Assembly: GCA_041179005.1 (NCBI GenBank)
Contig: JBEGUG010000030.1
Location: forward strand, 1 to 57,170
Origin: Actinomycetota bacterium
Lineage (GTDB): Bacteria > Actinomycetota > Actinomycetes > Actinomycetales > Microbacteriaceae
Direction of reading: 5' to 3'
DNA: 57,170 bases
Below the pieces are notes generated by a model. It searched no databases and was not told where the DNA came from. It saw nothing but the letters and a program-made list of their open reading frames with translations. Positions 1 through 10,241 of the stretch are shown here, piece after piece (the first letter of the stretch is position 1; every line of letters starts with the position of its first letter). A program made the translations under genes and the position numbers.

Positions 1-320
1 ACCTCGGCCCATCGATTCTCACTACTCAAACCGGTCATTACCGTTAGTTCGCCGCCGCCCACAGCTACGCGCGTGCTCAGCCTCTGCAACTGTTCAAAAT
101 CGAACCGTTCTTGGCCCACCAGTCGACATGCAGCGGCTAAACCGGCCGGGTGATCAACAAGCCCCAGCAGCAATTCGATGGACGGCGCATGGGTATCAGC
201 GTCAAGCAGGAAAACATTCTTGCCACCCTCAGCAAGTTCTGCGGCCAGTGCCAGCGCAATCGTGGTTCGTCCAGGGGAACCGGCAGCTGACCAAATGCTA
301 ATTAATTTGGCCTTATCCAT
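1..320 (-). CDS. ParA/MinD/CpaE(Ssd)-like P-loop ATPase, 5' part (runs off the window)
   Basis: Not in the ORF track; read by hand from ATG at 320: MDKAKLISIWSAAGSPGRTTIALALAAELAEGGKNVFLLDADTHAPSIELLLG... Deviant Walker A plus LLDAD switch motif. Start overlaps the stop of the SAF gene by 8 nt. Confidence 0.85.
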   Translation of the reverse strand, partial: MDKAKLISIWSAAGSPGRTTIALALAAELAEGGKNVFLLDADTHAPSIELLLGLVDHPAGLAAACRLVGQERFDFEQLQRLSTRVAVGGGELTVMTGLSSENRWAE

Positions 321-939
321 CTGCCAGCGTTGGCCTCAAAATTAGGGAGACGCTGTCTCCATTTGAGACTGCCGCCAGCACCGGACCAACCGCTTCTAAC
401 GGAACCCACAGTTCAACCTGAGAGTTCTTCTCGCTAAACATTTCGTTGTCTTCGAAGAGTCTGGCCACTTCGGCGGCGAGCACCAAGACATACGGTTCAC
501 CAACCACCTGGTCTTTTTCAGCGGGAGTCACCCAAACATCAACTGATGCTCCGGCAACAACGCCGGACGACAACCCCATCGCAGAGTTAACCACCACCGG
601 CACGCGTTCATCGATGATCGCACTAGCTAAAGCGCTCTTCGCAACGAGTTGACCCGCCCGAAGCGGCCCAAGCACATATGAACCACCGGGCAGTTCATCT
701 TTGCGCAAATAGTGTTCAGCACCCAGGCCTAGATTCACCATAGCGATTTTCATATCTGCGCTGGACACCGGACTTCCGGCAGGAAGATCTCGGGCAGCTA
801 CGAGGTATTCATCGGTGTGGTTATTTGATGCAATGGTGAAACCAACTACTCCCACTGAAGATGCAAGCAGGAATAATCCCAGGAGTAGACTCCGAATTTT
901 TGACTGCCGTGGAGAGCGCAACTTTTTTAATTTGGCCAT
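313..939 (-). CDS. SAF-domain (CpaB/FlgA-like) membrane-anchored protein
   Basis: N-terminal TM helix followed by 'YLVAARDLPAGSPVSSADM' SAF signature and a 'GASVDVWVT' CpaB-like segment. Confidence 0.8.
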   Translation of the reverse strand: MAKLKKLRSPRQSKIRSLLLGLFLLASSVGVVGFTIASNNHTDEYLVAARDLPAGSPVSSADMKIAMVNLGLGAEHYLRKDELPGGSYVLGPLRAGQLVAKSALASAIIDERVPVVVNSAMGLSSGVVAGASVDVWVTPAEKDQVVGEPYVLVLAAEVARLFEDNEMFSEKNSQVELWVPLEAVGPVLAAVSNGDSVSLILRPTLADG

Positions 940-959
940 GCCCCCTAGCCAATGTGTTT

Positions 960-1460
960 CTAGAAATCCCCGTTGAGATTATCCACAGACTCGATGCTCA
1001 ACATTTGGAGCGCTTGAATTGGCACCGCAATCGGCCTCTTGATATCTTTTAGGTAAATAAAGAGCAGACTGCCCGTCACGGTGTGCAGCTGCCCAACCCG
1101 GATAAAGGAATCGGAGCCAGCGATACGCCACCTGATTGAACATGGGGTTGGTATGGAATTTAGGAAACCGATGAAGTCAATCGCAAAATTTCTTAGCTTG
1201 GGTAGGTTCTGCTCGGTCTCGGCGTGGAAAAGCACCTTGGTAACCGAGCGCATCGGAAAAATGTGCCAGATAGGTGAAACGGAATCAAGTCCGGCAAGAA
1301 AATCGGACCCCAGGATCGGCGCGATTAATTCCTTTGGAACCATGCTGGCTGTATTGACCTCAATTGCCCGCGCTCCGCTCGTGATGCTATCTCGCACTCG
1401 CGTTTGATTTGCAGCGGCGAATTGAGCCTCAAGGTCCTCAAAAATATCCTCAATGTGCAT
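960..1460 (-). CDS. Conserved hypothetical protein (Micrococcales type, N-terminal 'LFxDLE' motif)
   Basis: 166-aa ORF MHIEDIFEDLEAQF..., collinear with the SAF/ATPase genes and divergent from the Rv3235-like gene. Confidence 0.7.
   Translation of the reverse strand: MHIEDIFEDLEAQFAAANQTRVRDSITSGARAIEVNTASMVPKELIAPILGSDFLAGLDSVSPIWHIFPMRSVTKVLFHAETEQNLPKLRNFAIDFIGFLNSIPTPCSIRWRIAGSDSFIRVGQLHTVTGSLLFIYLKDIKRPIAVPIQALQMLSIESVDNLNGDF
979..987 (+). promoter_or_regulatory. Perfect DnaA box TTATCCACA
   Basis: Exact consensus 9-mer in the 3' end of the hypothetical gene, 40 bp upstream of the SAF gene start. Confidence 0.5.
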
Positions 1461-1498
1461 TTAGCAATTATTTTTATGATTTTGTCGTTGCGTAATAG

Positions 1499-1507
1499 TT
1501 ATCCACA
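1499..1507 (+). promoter_or_regulatory. Perfect DnaA box TTATCCACA
   Basis: Exact consensus 9-mer in the AT-rich divergent intergenic region 1461-1592. Confidence 0.55.
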
Positions 1508-1592
1508 AGTTCGTTTAACCACTTGTCTTGAATTAATCGGAGGTCTAGCGTCGTAGTTCTTGGGAAGGTTTCCTAAGAGAAAGAGGAAGGGA

Positions 1593-2114
1593 ATGCCTTC
1601 TACATTTGAGAGCAAAGGCGAGGATAACAAGAGTAAAAGCAAGAAGAAAATCAATTCAGCAAAAGCAAATGAACCAGTTGCAAACCAAAGTGCTAAAAAG
1701 GTACAACAACACCGAATCAAAAATTTGGTCGAGTCAAATGACTACTTTGGGCCGCAATACAACAGCACCAGTGAACTACCCAATCCAGATGCAAGTCTCC
1801 AGGTACTAGCCACCGGAGTAGTTGAAGTCATCGCCGGCACTCGGTCGATTGATCAACTCGCGAGACTGCTTTCCGACGAGGTCTATCAACGACTCTCCCG
1901 CCGTGCGATTGAGGCGCGTCAGCGTCGCGATGCCCTTGGACAAAAGACTCACTATCAAAACTTTTCAGTACTCAACATGATGAATTCATCACCCAGAGAC
2001 GGCGTGATTGAGTCGGTTGTTTTACTAAACGCTCAACGCAGAACTAGAGCAGTAACTATTCGCTTAGAAGGAATCAACAATCGGTGGCGTGCCACCTCAG
2101 TTAGCGTCCTTTAG
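1593..2114 (+). CDS. Rv3235 family protein
   Basis: '[19 protein letters not shown]...[19 protein letters not shown]' motif and the usual position convergent to secA. Start moved to ATG 1593, after the SD-like GAGGAAGGG. Confidence 0.85.
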   Translation: MPSTFESKGEDNKSKSKKKINSAKANEPVANQSAKKVQQHRIKNLVESNDYFGPQYNSTSELPNPDASLQVLATGVVEVIAGTRSIDQLARLLSDEVYQRLSRRAIEARQRRDALGQKTHYQNFSVLNMMNSSPRDGVIESVVLLNAQRRTRAVTIRLEGINNRWRATSVSVL

Positions 2115-4789
2115 GAACGAAAGAACGAGCTGCCCTGACCGTCTGCAGGCTTCTGCTGGGTTGGGGCGGCTTGGTTCTGCTGTGCAATCTTCTTCTGAGC
2201 GCTGGCAGCATCTGCCCCGTGAGCCTCGGCAGCACCATCTTCATTAGGAGCAATGTAGGTGAGCTTTTTAGGATCAATCGCAGGAGTAGGAGCAACCTCA
2301 ACCTCAATGTTGAAGAGGTAGCCAACTGACTCTTCCTTGATTGCGCCCATCATCTGCTGGAACATTCCGTAACCCTCGCGCTGGTATTCAACCAGTGGGT
2401 CACGCTGTGCCATTGCACGAAGACCAATACCTTCTTTTAGGTAATCCATCTCGTAGAGGTGATCGCGCCACTTGCGGTCAACGACAGAAAGTACAACTCT
2501 GCGCTCAAGTTCGCGCATTGCAGCCTCACCGATGTTTGCCTCACGCTTGCGGTATTCAACCTTGGCATCGCTAACCAACTCGCGAGTCAACCATTCTTTG
2601 GTTAGCTTTGAGCGGTTGCCGGCTTCTGCTAGAACTTCACTAATTTCAAGACCAACCGGGTAGATTGCCTTTAGCTCGGTCCAGAGCGCTTCTAGATCCC
2701 AGTCGTTTCCGGTCTGGTCAGAAACGTGACCATCAACAATTGCGCCAATGGCATCTGCCATGAATGTTTCAACGCGCATCGCGATGTCGTCACCTTCAAG
2801 AATGTGGCGACGGTCACTGTAAATTGCTTCACGCTGACGGTTTAGAACATCGTCGTACTTCAAAACGTTTTTACGAATCTCAGCGTTTCGACCTTCAACC
2901 TGTGACTGTGCGCTTTGGATAGCGCGGCTAACAATCTTTGATTCGATTGCGGTGTCATCTGGAACCGATGAACGGTTCATGAGTGAACTTGCAGCGCCCG
3001 AGTTGAATAGGCGCATTAGGTCATCGGTTAGTGAAAGGTAGAAACGTGATTCACCCTTGTCGCCCTGGCGACCGGCACGACCACGCAACTGGTTGTCAAT
3101 TCGGCGTGACTCGTGGCGCTCAGTGCCTAGAACGTAAAGACCGCCGACCTCAAGAACCTTTTCGGCCTCGATGGCAACTTCAGCTTTGATCTTGGCGAAT
3201 TCTTCAGCCCATGCTGCCTCGTAGGCCTCTGGGTTTTCATCATTGTCGAGACCGCGCTTGCTGAGCGCGTCAACGGTAAGGAACTCGGCGTTTCCACCAA
3301 GCATCACGTCAGTACCACGACCCGCCATGTTGGTTGCCACAGTAACCGCGCCTAGACGACCGGCCTGTGCAACGATGATGGCTTCACGCGCGTGGTTCTT
3401 AGCGTTTAGAACTTCGTGACGAACGCCTTCTTTAGCAAGCAACTTAGATAGGTACTCGCTCTTTTCAACGCTGGTTGTACCAACCAAAACTGGCTGGCCC
3501 TTCTTGTGGCGCTCTGCGATATCGCGAACCACCATGTTGAATTTGATTTCTTCGTTCTTATAGATCAAGTCTGACTGATCAAGACGAATCATCGGTTTGT
3601 TGGTTGGAATTGGAACCACACCGAGTTTGTAGGTTGACATAAACTCGGCCGCTTCAGTTTCAGCGGTACCGGTCATGCCCGAAAGTTTGCTGTAAAGACG
3701 GAAGTAGTTCTGCAGCGTAACGGTTGCCAAGGTCTGGTTCTCGGCCTTAACCTCAACGCCTTCCTTTGCTTCAATCGCCTGGTGAATTCCCTCGTTGTAT
3801 CGGCGGCCAGCCAAAATACGACCGGTGTGCTCATCAACAATTAGAACTTCACCGTTCATAACGACGTAATCTTTGTCGCGCTTGAAAAGTGCCTTAGCGC
3901 GAATTGAGTTGTTCAAGAAAGAAATCAGTGGAGTATTAGCTGACTCGTAAAGGTTTCCGATACCTAGGTAATCCTCGACCTTGGCAATTCCAGGTTCAAG
4001 AATTCCAACGGTGCGCTTCTTCTCGTCTACCTCGTAGTCAATTACCGGCTGAAGTTTTTCGGCGATCTTTGCGAACTCGTTGAACCAACGGTTTGCCTCA
4101 CCCGATGAAGGACCAGAGATGATCAGAGGGGTACGAGCCTCGTCAATAAGAATCGAGTCAACCTCATCAACGATGGCAAAGAAGTGACCGCGCTGAACCA
4201 TGTCCTGCTGCTGCCACGCCATGTTGTCGCGAAGGTAGTCGAAACCAAACTCGTTGTTTGTACCGTAGGTGATGTCGGCTAGGTACTGCTGGCGACGCTC
4301 AGTTGGATCTTGGCCAGAAATAATGCAACCCGTGGTCATGCCCAGGGCACGGAATACGCGGCCCATCAAATCTGACTGGTAGCCAGCCAAGAAATCGTTG
4401 ACTGTAATCACGTGAACACCGCGACCAGCGATTGCGTTTAGGTAGGCAGGTAGGGTGGCCACCAGGGTCTTACCCTCACCGGTACGCATTTCAGCAATGT
4501 TGCCTAGGTGTAGGGCCGCACCACCCATGATCTGAACGTCAAAGTGACGCATTCCCAAGGTGCGCTTTGAGGCTTCACGAACGGCTGAGAAAGCTTCAGG
4601 AAGCAGGTCATCCAGGCTCTCGCCGGCGGCATAGCGCTCGCGCAGGACTACGGTCTCATTGGCAAGTTCTTCATCAGTAAGTGTGCTGAAGTTTTCTTCG
4701 AGTGCGTTTACTGCGTCTGCATAGTTGCGGAGCTTTGCCAGAAGGCGACCCTCGCCAGCGCGCAGTAGTTTGTCGATGATTGATGCCAA
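2111..4789 (-). CDS. secA: Preprotein translocase ATPase SecA
   Basis: MRTGEGKT Walker [30 protein letters not shown] and [11 protein letters not shown] motifs. TTG start with upstream GGAG. Confidence 0.99.
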   Translation of the reverse strand: MASIIDKLLRAGEGRLLAKLRNYADAVNALEENFSTLTDEELANETVVLRERYAAGESLDDLLPEAFSAVREASKRTLGMRHFDVQIMGGAALHLGNIAEMRTGEGKTLVATLPAYLNAIAGRGVHVITVNDFLAGYQSDLMGRVFRALGMTTGCIISGQDPTERRQQYLADITYGTNNEFGFDYLRDNMAWQQQDMVQRGHFFAIVDEVDSILIDEARTPLIISGPSSGEANRWFNEFAKIAEKLQPVIDYEVDEKKRTVGILEPGIAKVEDYLGIGNLYESANTPLISFLNNSIRAKALFKRDKDYVVMNGEVLIVDEHTGRILAGRRYNEGIHQAIEAKEGVEVKAENQTLATVTLQNYFRLYSKLSGMTGTAETEAAEFMSTYKLGVVPIPTNKPMIRLDQSDLIYKNEEIKFNMVVRDIAERHKKGQPVLVGTTSVEKSEYLSKLLAKEGVRHEVLNAKNHAREAIIVAQAGRLGAVTVATNMAGRGTDVMLGGNAEFLTVDALSKRGLDNDENPEAYEAAWAEEFAKIKAEVAIEAEKVLEVGGLYVLGTERHESRRIDNQLRGRAGRQGDKGESRFYLSLTDDLMRLFNSGAASSLMNRSSVPDDTAIESKIVSRAIQSAQSQVEGRNAEIRKNVLKYDDVLNRQREAIYSDRRHILEGDDIAMRVETFMADAIGAIVDGHVSDQTGNDWDLEALWTELKAIYPVGLEISEVLAEAGNRSKLTKEWLTRELVSDAKVEYRKREANIGEAAMRELERRVVLSVVDRKWRDHLYEMDYLKEGIGLRAMAQRDPLVEYQREGYGMFQQMMGAIKEESVGYLFNIEVEVAPTPAIDPKKLTYIAPNEDGAAEAHGADAASAQKKIAQQNQAAPTQQKPADGQGSSFFRS

Positions 4790-4835
4790 GATTTTGCTCC
4801 ATACCGTTGATTGGTTCTGGGTTCAATCTTAGGCG

Positions 4836-4864
4836 AAAGGACTGGGCCGCTCAGGGCCCAGCCC
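4836..4864 (-). terminator. Probable intrinsic terminator after hpf
   Basis: Minus strand GGGCTGGGCC-ctgagc-GGCCCAGTCC-TTT. The G-U pair is valid on the minus strand; U-tract is short. Confidence 0.55.
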
Positions 4865-4880
4865 AAACCCTCAGAAACCT

Positions 4881-5504
4881 CTAAGCAAGGGTAATAACGC
4901 CGTAATTCCAGCCTTTTCTGCGGTAAACCACGCTTGGTTTTCCGGTCTCAGAATCGTGGAAAAGGTAGAAATCATGACCGATGAGTTCCATGTGATACAG
5001 GGCATCGTCCACAGTCATTGGGGTGCCCTCAAAAGATTTGCGGCGAATTACAACCGGGCTCTCACCAAAATCTGGCGCCTCCGGTTCTGCAGGCGGATGG
5101 GTCTTGCCAAGCAGCGCATCGGAGTCAGCGGGACGAATATCTAGCTCGGCAAAATCATGCGCCGATAGCTCGCTTGCGCCAATTGAGCCGTGGTGGCCGT
5201 TGTGGCTCTTTCGACGATCAGCTGCGCGGCGAAGTCGCTCAGAGAGCTTGCCAAGTGCAATATCGAAGGCGGCGAATTTATCACCCGCGTGCGCTTCCGC
5301 TCGAATTACGTGACCCGGCTCAATTACGGTGAGTTCAACCTGGTCTTCAGGGCCGGAGTTTCTGCTGTGATCGTGCCTGGTCACTTTGATGTCCAGCGCC
5401 TGAACCTTATGCCCAAGCTGCTCTACTTTATGAGTCCTGTCAGAAACGTATTCTCGGAATCTATCCGAGACGGCGAGGTTGCGGGCGGTGATGTTGACTT
5501 CCAT
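4881..5504 (-). CDS. hpf: Ribosome hibernation promoting factor (long HPF/RaiA)
   Basis: S30AE N-domain (MEVNITARNL...) and C-terminal 'PMTVDDALYHMELIGHDFYLF...VVYRRKGWNYGVI'. Confidence 0.97.
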   Translation of the reverse strand: MEVNITARNLAVSDRFREYVSDRTHKVEQLGHKVQALDIKVTRHDHSRNSGPEDQVELTVIEPGHVIRAEAHAGDKFAAFDIALGKLSERLRRAADRRKSHNGHHGSIGASELSAHDFAELDIRPADSDALLGKTHPPAEPEAPDFGESPVVIRRKSFEGTPMTVDDALYHMELIGHDFYLFHDSETGKPSVVYRRKGWNYGVITLA

Positions 5505-5553
5505 GTTGACCTCATATCTACGAGCGACAGTGCCCGTGAATGAAAGGTACTCC

Positions 5554-6231
5554 TTAAAGTTGTTTTTCGTATCGTTTTCTCACATTTCTGGGTGGAGTCT
5601 CAGCAAAGGCAAGAAAGCCCTGAACCTTGACCCCGGCACTGGTGAGACAGCGCTGAGCCTCGCGCAATGTGGCGCCCGTAGTTACTACGTCGTCAATCAA
5701 GATCGCGGAATGTCCAGCCGGAAAGCCAGCCAGGCTCATTGTGCCGTCTAGGTTCGTTCTCCTAGCTTCGCCAGAAAGTGCCGCCTGGTCTGAAACAGGG
5801 CCAGTTATTTTCAGACACTTTGAAACAGACACTCTGATGTTGGCACCTCGGTCAGCCTGTCGAGAAATTCTCTTCGCTAACTCTTCGGCTGGATTGAAGC
5901 CTCGGTTAGCAAATGATGCTTTCTTGCTCGGCATAGGAACAAGCAGAACTTTATTTAGATCAAAGTTTTGTAATCCGGGCCACATTACCGCCGCCATGTT
6001 GTTTGCCAAAGATAGTTGCTGGTTTTCTTTGAATTCGTGAATCAAAGTTGCAATTCTCTCCGAATACGCGTTGACGGCGTAACCCGATGTCTCGAGGCGA
6101 GAAACTTGTCTGACGGGTTTCTTGATTTCCGTAAAGCAGGCTTCGCACAAAACAGAACCGATTTGCCCGCACCAAATACATCTAGTTGGCATGACGATGT
6201 TGAGCAGTTCTTCAAATAGGTTCACGCTCAA
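5554..6231 (-). CDS. comF: ComF family phosphoribosyltransferase-like protein
   Basis: N-terminal CxxC...CxxC, RGFN motif and LIDDVVTTGATL PRPP loop. Start may be GTG 6225. Confidence 0.92.
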   Translation of the reverse strand: MSVNLFEELLNIVMPTRCIWCGQIGSVLCEACFTEIKKPVRQVSRLETSGYAVNAYSERIATLIHEFKENQQLSLANNMAAVMWPGLQNFDLNKVLLVPMPSKKASFANRGFNPAEELAKRISRQADRGANIRVSVSKCLKITGPVSDQAALSGEARRTNLDGTMSLAGFPAGHSAILIDDVVTTGATLREAQRCLTSAGVKVQGFLAFAETPPRNVRKRYEKQL

Positions 6232-6280
6232 GTTTCACAAGCGAACTCGCAAACTTATTATTGTTTTGAAAAACTGTGGA

Positions 6281-7963
6281 TTAGTTGCCTGGAAAGTGCA
6301 GCGCTTGGACTTCTGTCTTAATCAGCGTCCAACTATTACCGCGATACTGATACACATTTTGATACTCATCAAGAATGTAAACCGCCGAAGGCTGACCCGA
6401 ACCAACTATTTTTGATCCATCCCTGAAAGTCGGCAAAGACTTGGTACCGCCGCCAACCATCACAATCAGCGGTTGGGTAAAGCTTTCAGGGTTCTTTTGC
6501 AGCACTGCAATTCGAATATTGTCGAGCCAGGTAACCGATTGTGCCGCAACACTTCCTGCTGGATTAATTGGGGAACCAAAGCTCCTTGGGCTTCCAGAGT
6601 CATCGCGAATTATGCTGGCCACGTAAACCGCACCACCCTCGTTTGAACCAGCCGCGACGACAATGCGACCACCCTCGCTGCTGATGGAGAAGCTCTGCCT
6701 GTCTAACCCTGATAGCCAGCCTGCAAAAAATGGAACTTGCTCCCCGTCTTGGTTAAACACCAATATCGGCTGCTCTGCACTTTTTGGAACTACCCAGGTG
6801 TAGCCATCGACGTCTAAGACTGGAGAAAGAAAGTTGTTGCCAATGGCCAACAAGCGAGGCTGCTGAATCAATTGCCCAAGCGTCGCAAGATGTATGCCCT
6901 GCTTGTTTGTCATGGCAATTAGATTCTCTTGGGTGTTCAAAGCAAAATCGGTTGCGTTGATTCGCTTCAGCGCTGCGTCTGATCCAGCAACCTCGAGTGA
7001 ACCGGCATTATCAATATGGAAAAGCCCATCGGCCAACATCGCTACCGGATTAACAATCTGAGTTTGAATGTCACCAAAGGTCCAAGCCGAGGATTCAAGT
7101 GCGCTTCGCTCGACGGTTACCGCAACCGTGTAAATGCTGTTCAGCTGAATTAGGGTTTCGCGAATCTGCACCTGCATCAATTGGCGTCCTCGGGCACTGG
7201 CCTTGAGCGCTCGTGAGGTTAGGTCAACAGTCGCTACACCGTCGGCAACCGTCACCGTGCTGAGAGACAGCTTGGTGCCGGCCGGAATTGCGGTCTTCAC
7301 AGAATCTTCTAGCCACTCGCTTGGTCCACCAAGAAGCGCACTTACCAAGCGTGTACTTGTTGATGCTCTAGACGGGAACCATCGCACATCAGGCACGAGG
7401 TGACGCTGTTGATTGTCAAAGAAGTAAATTGCGTAGGCCTTAAAGATGACATCAAACACAGGTCGAATAACTGTGGTCAAGTTTGGGGCCGATTGAATTC
7501 TCCACTGACCGCCCTCTTCAACAAGTTCTACGTTGATGGTTTCGGTGCTACCAACGGGCATGGTCTGATACTGACCACGCTCGTTGATTTTTGCTCCAAT
7601 TGGAATAACAACTACCGCGTTGCTATTTTCCAAAAGTGTAAGCAGCGGCTTACCATCTTGAATGAGCACCCCTTGGTTTGGGTCCCATTCGGGTTTGAAT
7701 TCCCGGGTCAGGTACGACTTAGCCACTTCGTAGTCATTCTGCGGCCCCGTACCAGCGTTTAGGAATCCAAGAATGATTTCTTCCTGAGTGGCATCCTCCC
7801 CCGGTCCACTCGGTGAGTAGTAGAGGTAATCGGTTTCCAAAGCAGACTCAACATTTGGACCGTTCTTTATGTCGCCGCTGGTCGGCAGCTGAGCACAGGC
7901 GGTAGTTGAAAGAATTGTTAGAACACCGATAGCCGCGATTAGGGATTTCGCAAACTTATTCAT
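6281..7963 (-). CDS. lpqB: Lipoprotein LpqB (GerMN + beta-propeller)
   Basis: Lipobox TTAC, 'LVPDVRW' and 'ALLGGPSEWL' GerMN motifs; third gene of the mtrAB operon. Confidence 0.93.
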   Translation of the reverse strand: MNKFAKSLIAAIGVLTILSTTACAQLPTSGDIKNGPNVESALETDYLYYSPSGPGEDATQEEIILGFLNAGTGPQNDYEVAKSYLTREFKPEWDPNQGVLIQDGKPLLTLLENSNAVVVIPIGAKINERGQYQTMPVGSTETINVELVEEGGQWRIQSAPNLTTVIRPVFDVIFKAYAIYFFDNQQRHLVPDVRWFPSRASTSTRLVSALLGGPSEWLEDSVKTAIPAGTKLSLSTVTVADGVATVDLTSRALKASARGRQLMQVQIRETLIQLNSIYTVAVTVERSALESSAWTFGDIQTQIVNPVAMLADGLFHIDNAGSLEVAGSDAALKRINATDFALNTQENLIAMTNKQGIHLATLGQLIQQPRLLAIGNNFLSPVLDVDGYTWVVPKSAEQPILVFNQDGEQVPFFAGWLSGLDRQSFSISSEGGRIVVAAGSNEGGAVYVASIIRDDSGSPRSFGSPINPAGSVAAQSVTWLDNIRIAVLQKNPESFTQPLIVMVGGGTKSLPTFRDGSKIVGSGQPSAVYILDEYQNVYQYRGNSWTLIKTEVQALHFPGN

Positions 7964-9542
7964 TAGCTTCCCCCTGCAAAGATTTTCTTGGCGGAAGTGG
8001 CAGTGGGGATTGGGTGAAAACCATCCCCTGTCTTCTCGGCAGGGTCAACCTAAATGATGCGCCTTCATTTGGCTTTGCCCAAACTTGTAACCAGCCGCCA
8101 TGAAGCTGAGTATCTTCCAATGAAATTGCCAAGCCCAAACCAGTTCCACCGGTGGTGCGCTTTCTAGCAGGGTCGGCTCTCCAGAATCTGTCAAACACGC
8201 GATCCACTTCAGCTCTGCTCATTCCGATTCCGGCATCGGTAACGCTGATTGCAACGGCGTCATCACTGAGGCCTACAGCAACGCTGATTGGGCGACTTTC
8301 GCCGTGTTCGATTGCGTTAGCCAGCAAGTTTCTAATTAGTCTTTCGATTCTGCGGCCATCAATTTCCGCATCAACCGGTCCGCTTGGAATATCTATTTCG
8401 ATTGCGGAGCCTCGGCTCTGCGCGAGTGGTTCAAGGCCGGCAATGGCTGAGCCCACAACACCGTTGACATCTTGAATCTCAAAATCCGCAGCGACCGCAC
8501 CTGCGTCGTATCGGGAAATTTCAAGAAGGTCATTCAAAAGAACTTCAAATCGCTCAATTTGGTTGTTCATCAACTCGGCGGAACGCTTGGCGGCAGGCTC
8601 TAGCGTCTCGCGATTAGCGAAGATGACTTCTCCGGCCAACTTAATAGTCGTCAATGGGGTGCGCAGTTCGTGGGAAACATCGGAAACAAAACGCTGCTGC
8701 ATTTTCGAAACGCTAGCAAGTTTTGTAATTTGTTTTTGCAACGAATCAGCCATTCGGTTGAATGAGCGGGCCAAAATCGCGATCACGTCTTCGCCGCGTT
8801 CAGGAAGTCTTCGGTCAAGAGCACCCTCAGCAATTTCTTCAGACACCTCAGCAGCAACCTGAACAGGCCTTACTAACCAATTGGTCACAAAGTAGCTCAC
8901 CGCTCCAATTAGACCCAGAAGAATCAACATGCCCCAGAACAGAACGCTCTGCACGAAATCAAGTGTTTGCTGCTCACCGTTTAGATCAAAGACAAGGTAG
9001 AGCTCGTATTTTCCAGCAAGGGGAATTTCAATCGGAGAACCTACGACAATTCCAGGGTGCACGGTGCCGTTGGCTTGATTGAGGGCAATCGACTGATAAG
9101 TCAGGCGCCCGCTGGCCTCACGAACCTGAATCTTTAGATCAAGTGGAATTACCGCGGTATCAAGGTCTGCCGAAATTGGACTTTGCAAAATTTGTGCGCC
9201 CAGCTGGCCTGGAGTTCTTAGCAACGCGACTTTTCGAGAGTCGCTTGAGCCGGATGATTCCAAAGCTGGAACCACAGAGTTGAGCAGCGTCTGCAGCGCA
9301 ATTTCATCGGTCACGGTGGAAGCCGCAAAAGTATTTTGAACTTCCACTACCCCGCGCTCAGATTCAGCAAGAATTTGTGTTACTCGAGTTTGGTAGAGAC
9401 CATTTCCAATTGAATAGGAAAGAAAACCGCCAACAATAAGTAGTGCGATTCCTGAAAGCACTACGGTCGTAAAAACAGCACGAACCTGAAGGAATCGGCG
9501 AAAGAGACCGAGCGCCCAATCAATGGCGGCTCGTAATTTCAT
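7956..9542 (-). CDS. mtrB: Sensor histidine kinase MtrB
   Basis: Two TMs, HAMP, FVSDVSHELRTPLTT H-box and FDRFWRADPAR..GGTGLGL. Confidence 0.97.
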   Translation of the reverse strand: MKLRAAIDWALGLFRRFLQVRAVFTTVVLSGIALLIVGGFLSYSIGNGLYQTRVTQILAESERGVVEVQNTFAASTVTDEIALQTLLNSVVPALESSGSSDSRKVALLRTPGQLGAQILQSPISADLDTAVIPLDLKIQVREASGRLTYQSIALNQANGTVHPGIVVGSPIEIPLAGKYELYLVFDLNGEQQTLDFVQSVLFWGMLILLGLIGAVSYFVTNWLVRPVQVAAEVSEEIAEGALDRRLPERGEDVIAILARSFNRMADSLQKQITKLASVSKMQQRFVSDVSHELRTPLTTIKLAGEVIFANRETLEPAAKRSAELMNNQIERFEVLLNDLLEISRYDAGAVAADFEIQDVNGVVGSAIAGLEPLAQSRGSAIEIDIPSGPVDAEIDGRRIERLIRNLLANAIEHGESRPISVAVGLSDDAVAISVTDAGIGMSRAEVDRVFDRFWRADPARKRTTGGTGLGLAISLEDTQLHGGWLQVWAKPNEGASFRLTLPRRQGMVFTQSPLPLPPRKSLQGEANE

Positions 9543-10220
9543 TTAGCTCTGGCCAGCCTTATAGCCAATACCGCGAACGGTCGTGACAATCTTTGGGTTA
9601 TCTGGGTCGTCTTCAATTTTTGAACGCAGGCGCTGAACGTGAACGTTTACCAAGCGAGTGTCTGCTTTGTAGTGATAACCCCAAACGGTTTCAAGCAACA
9701 TCTCGCGAGTGAAAACCTGCTTTGGTTTTACAGCAAGGGTTAGTAGCAGATTGAATTCCAGCGGGGTAAGCAGAAGCTTTTCGTTTCCTCTGCGCACCTC
9801 ATGCCCCACGATGTCTAGAGTCAATGGCCCAATCTGAACGGTTTCTGCTGATGCGCTCGATAACGGACGCAATCTTGCGCGAATGCGTGCAAGCAAAACT
9901 GTTGGATCAAAAGGTTTGACTACGTAGTCATCGGCACCGGCTTCTAGCCCGCGCACCACATCTTCGCTCTCTGTTTTTGCAGTCAGCATAATGATGGGGG
10001 TTCCTGAGACATCGCGAATCTCAGTGCAAACTTCGATGCCATCTTTTCCAGGCAACATCACGTCCAACAGCACAAGATCCGGAGCTTGAGACTTGAAGGC
10101 CTCGAGCGCTCCGGTTCCTGCGTCGTGAAAACTTACTTCAAACCCCTCAGACTCAAGGACAATCCCCACCATCTCGCGTAACGCGTTGTCGTCATCGACG
10201 ACCAAGATCTTGTGTGGCAT
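9543..10220 (-). CDS. mtrA: OmpR-family response regulator MtrA
   Basis: VWGYHYKADTRLVNVHVQRLRSKIE signature. Confidence 0.98.
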   Translation of the reverse strand: MPHKILVVDDDNALREMVGIVLESEGFEVSFHDAGTGALEAFKSQAPDLVLLDVMLPGKDGIEVCTEIRDVSGTPIIMLTAKTESEDVVRGLEAGADDYVVKPFDPTVLLARIRARLRPLSSASAETVQIGPLTLDIVGHEVRRGNEKLLLTPLEFNLLLTLAVKPKQVFTREMLLETVWGYHYKADTRLVNVHVQRLRSKIEDDPDNPKIVTTVRGIGYKAGQS

Positions 10221-10241
10221 TTGTACCCCGAATCTAAATGT

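Noticed and set aside
2111-2250. SecA lacking the C-terminal Zn-binding motif
   Set aside because: Common among actinobacterial SecA proteins.
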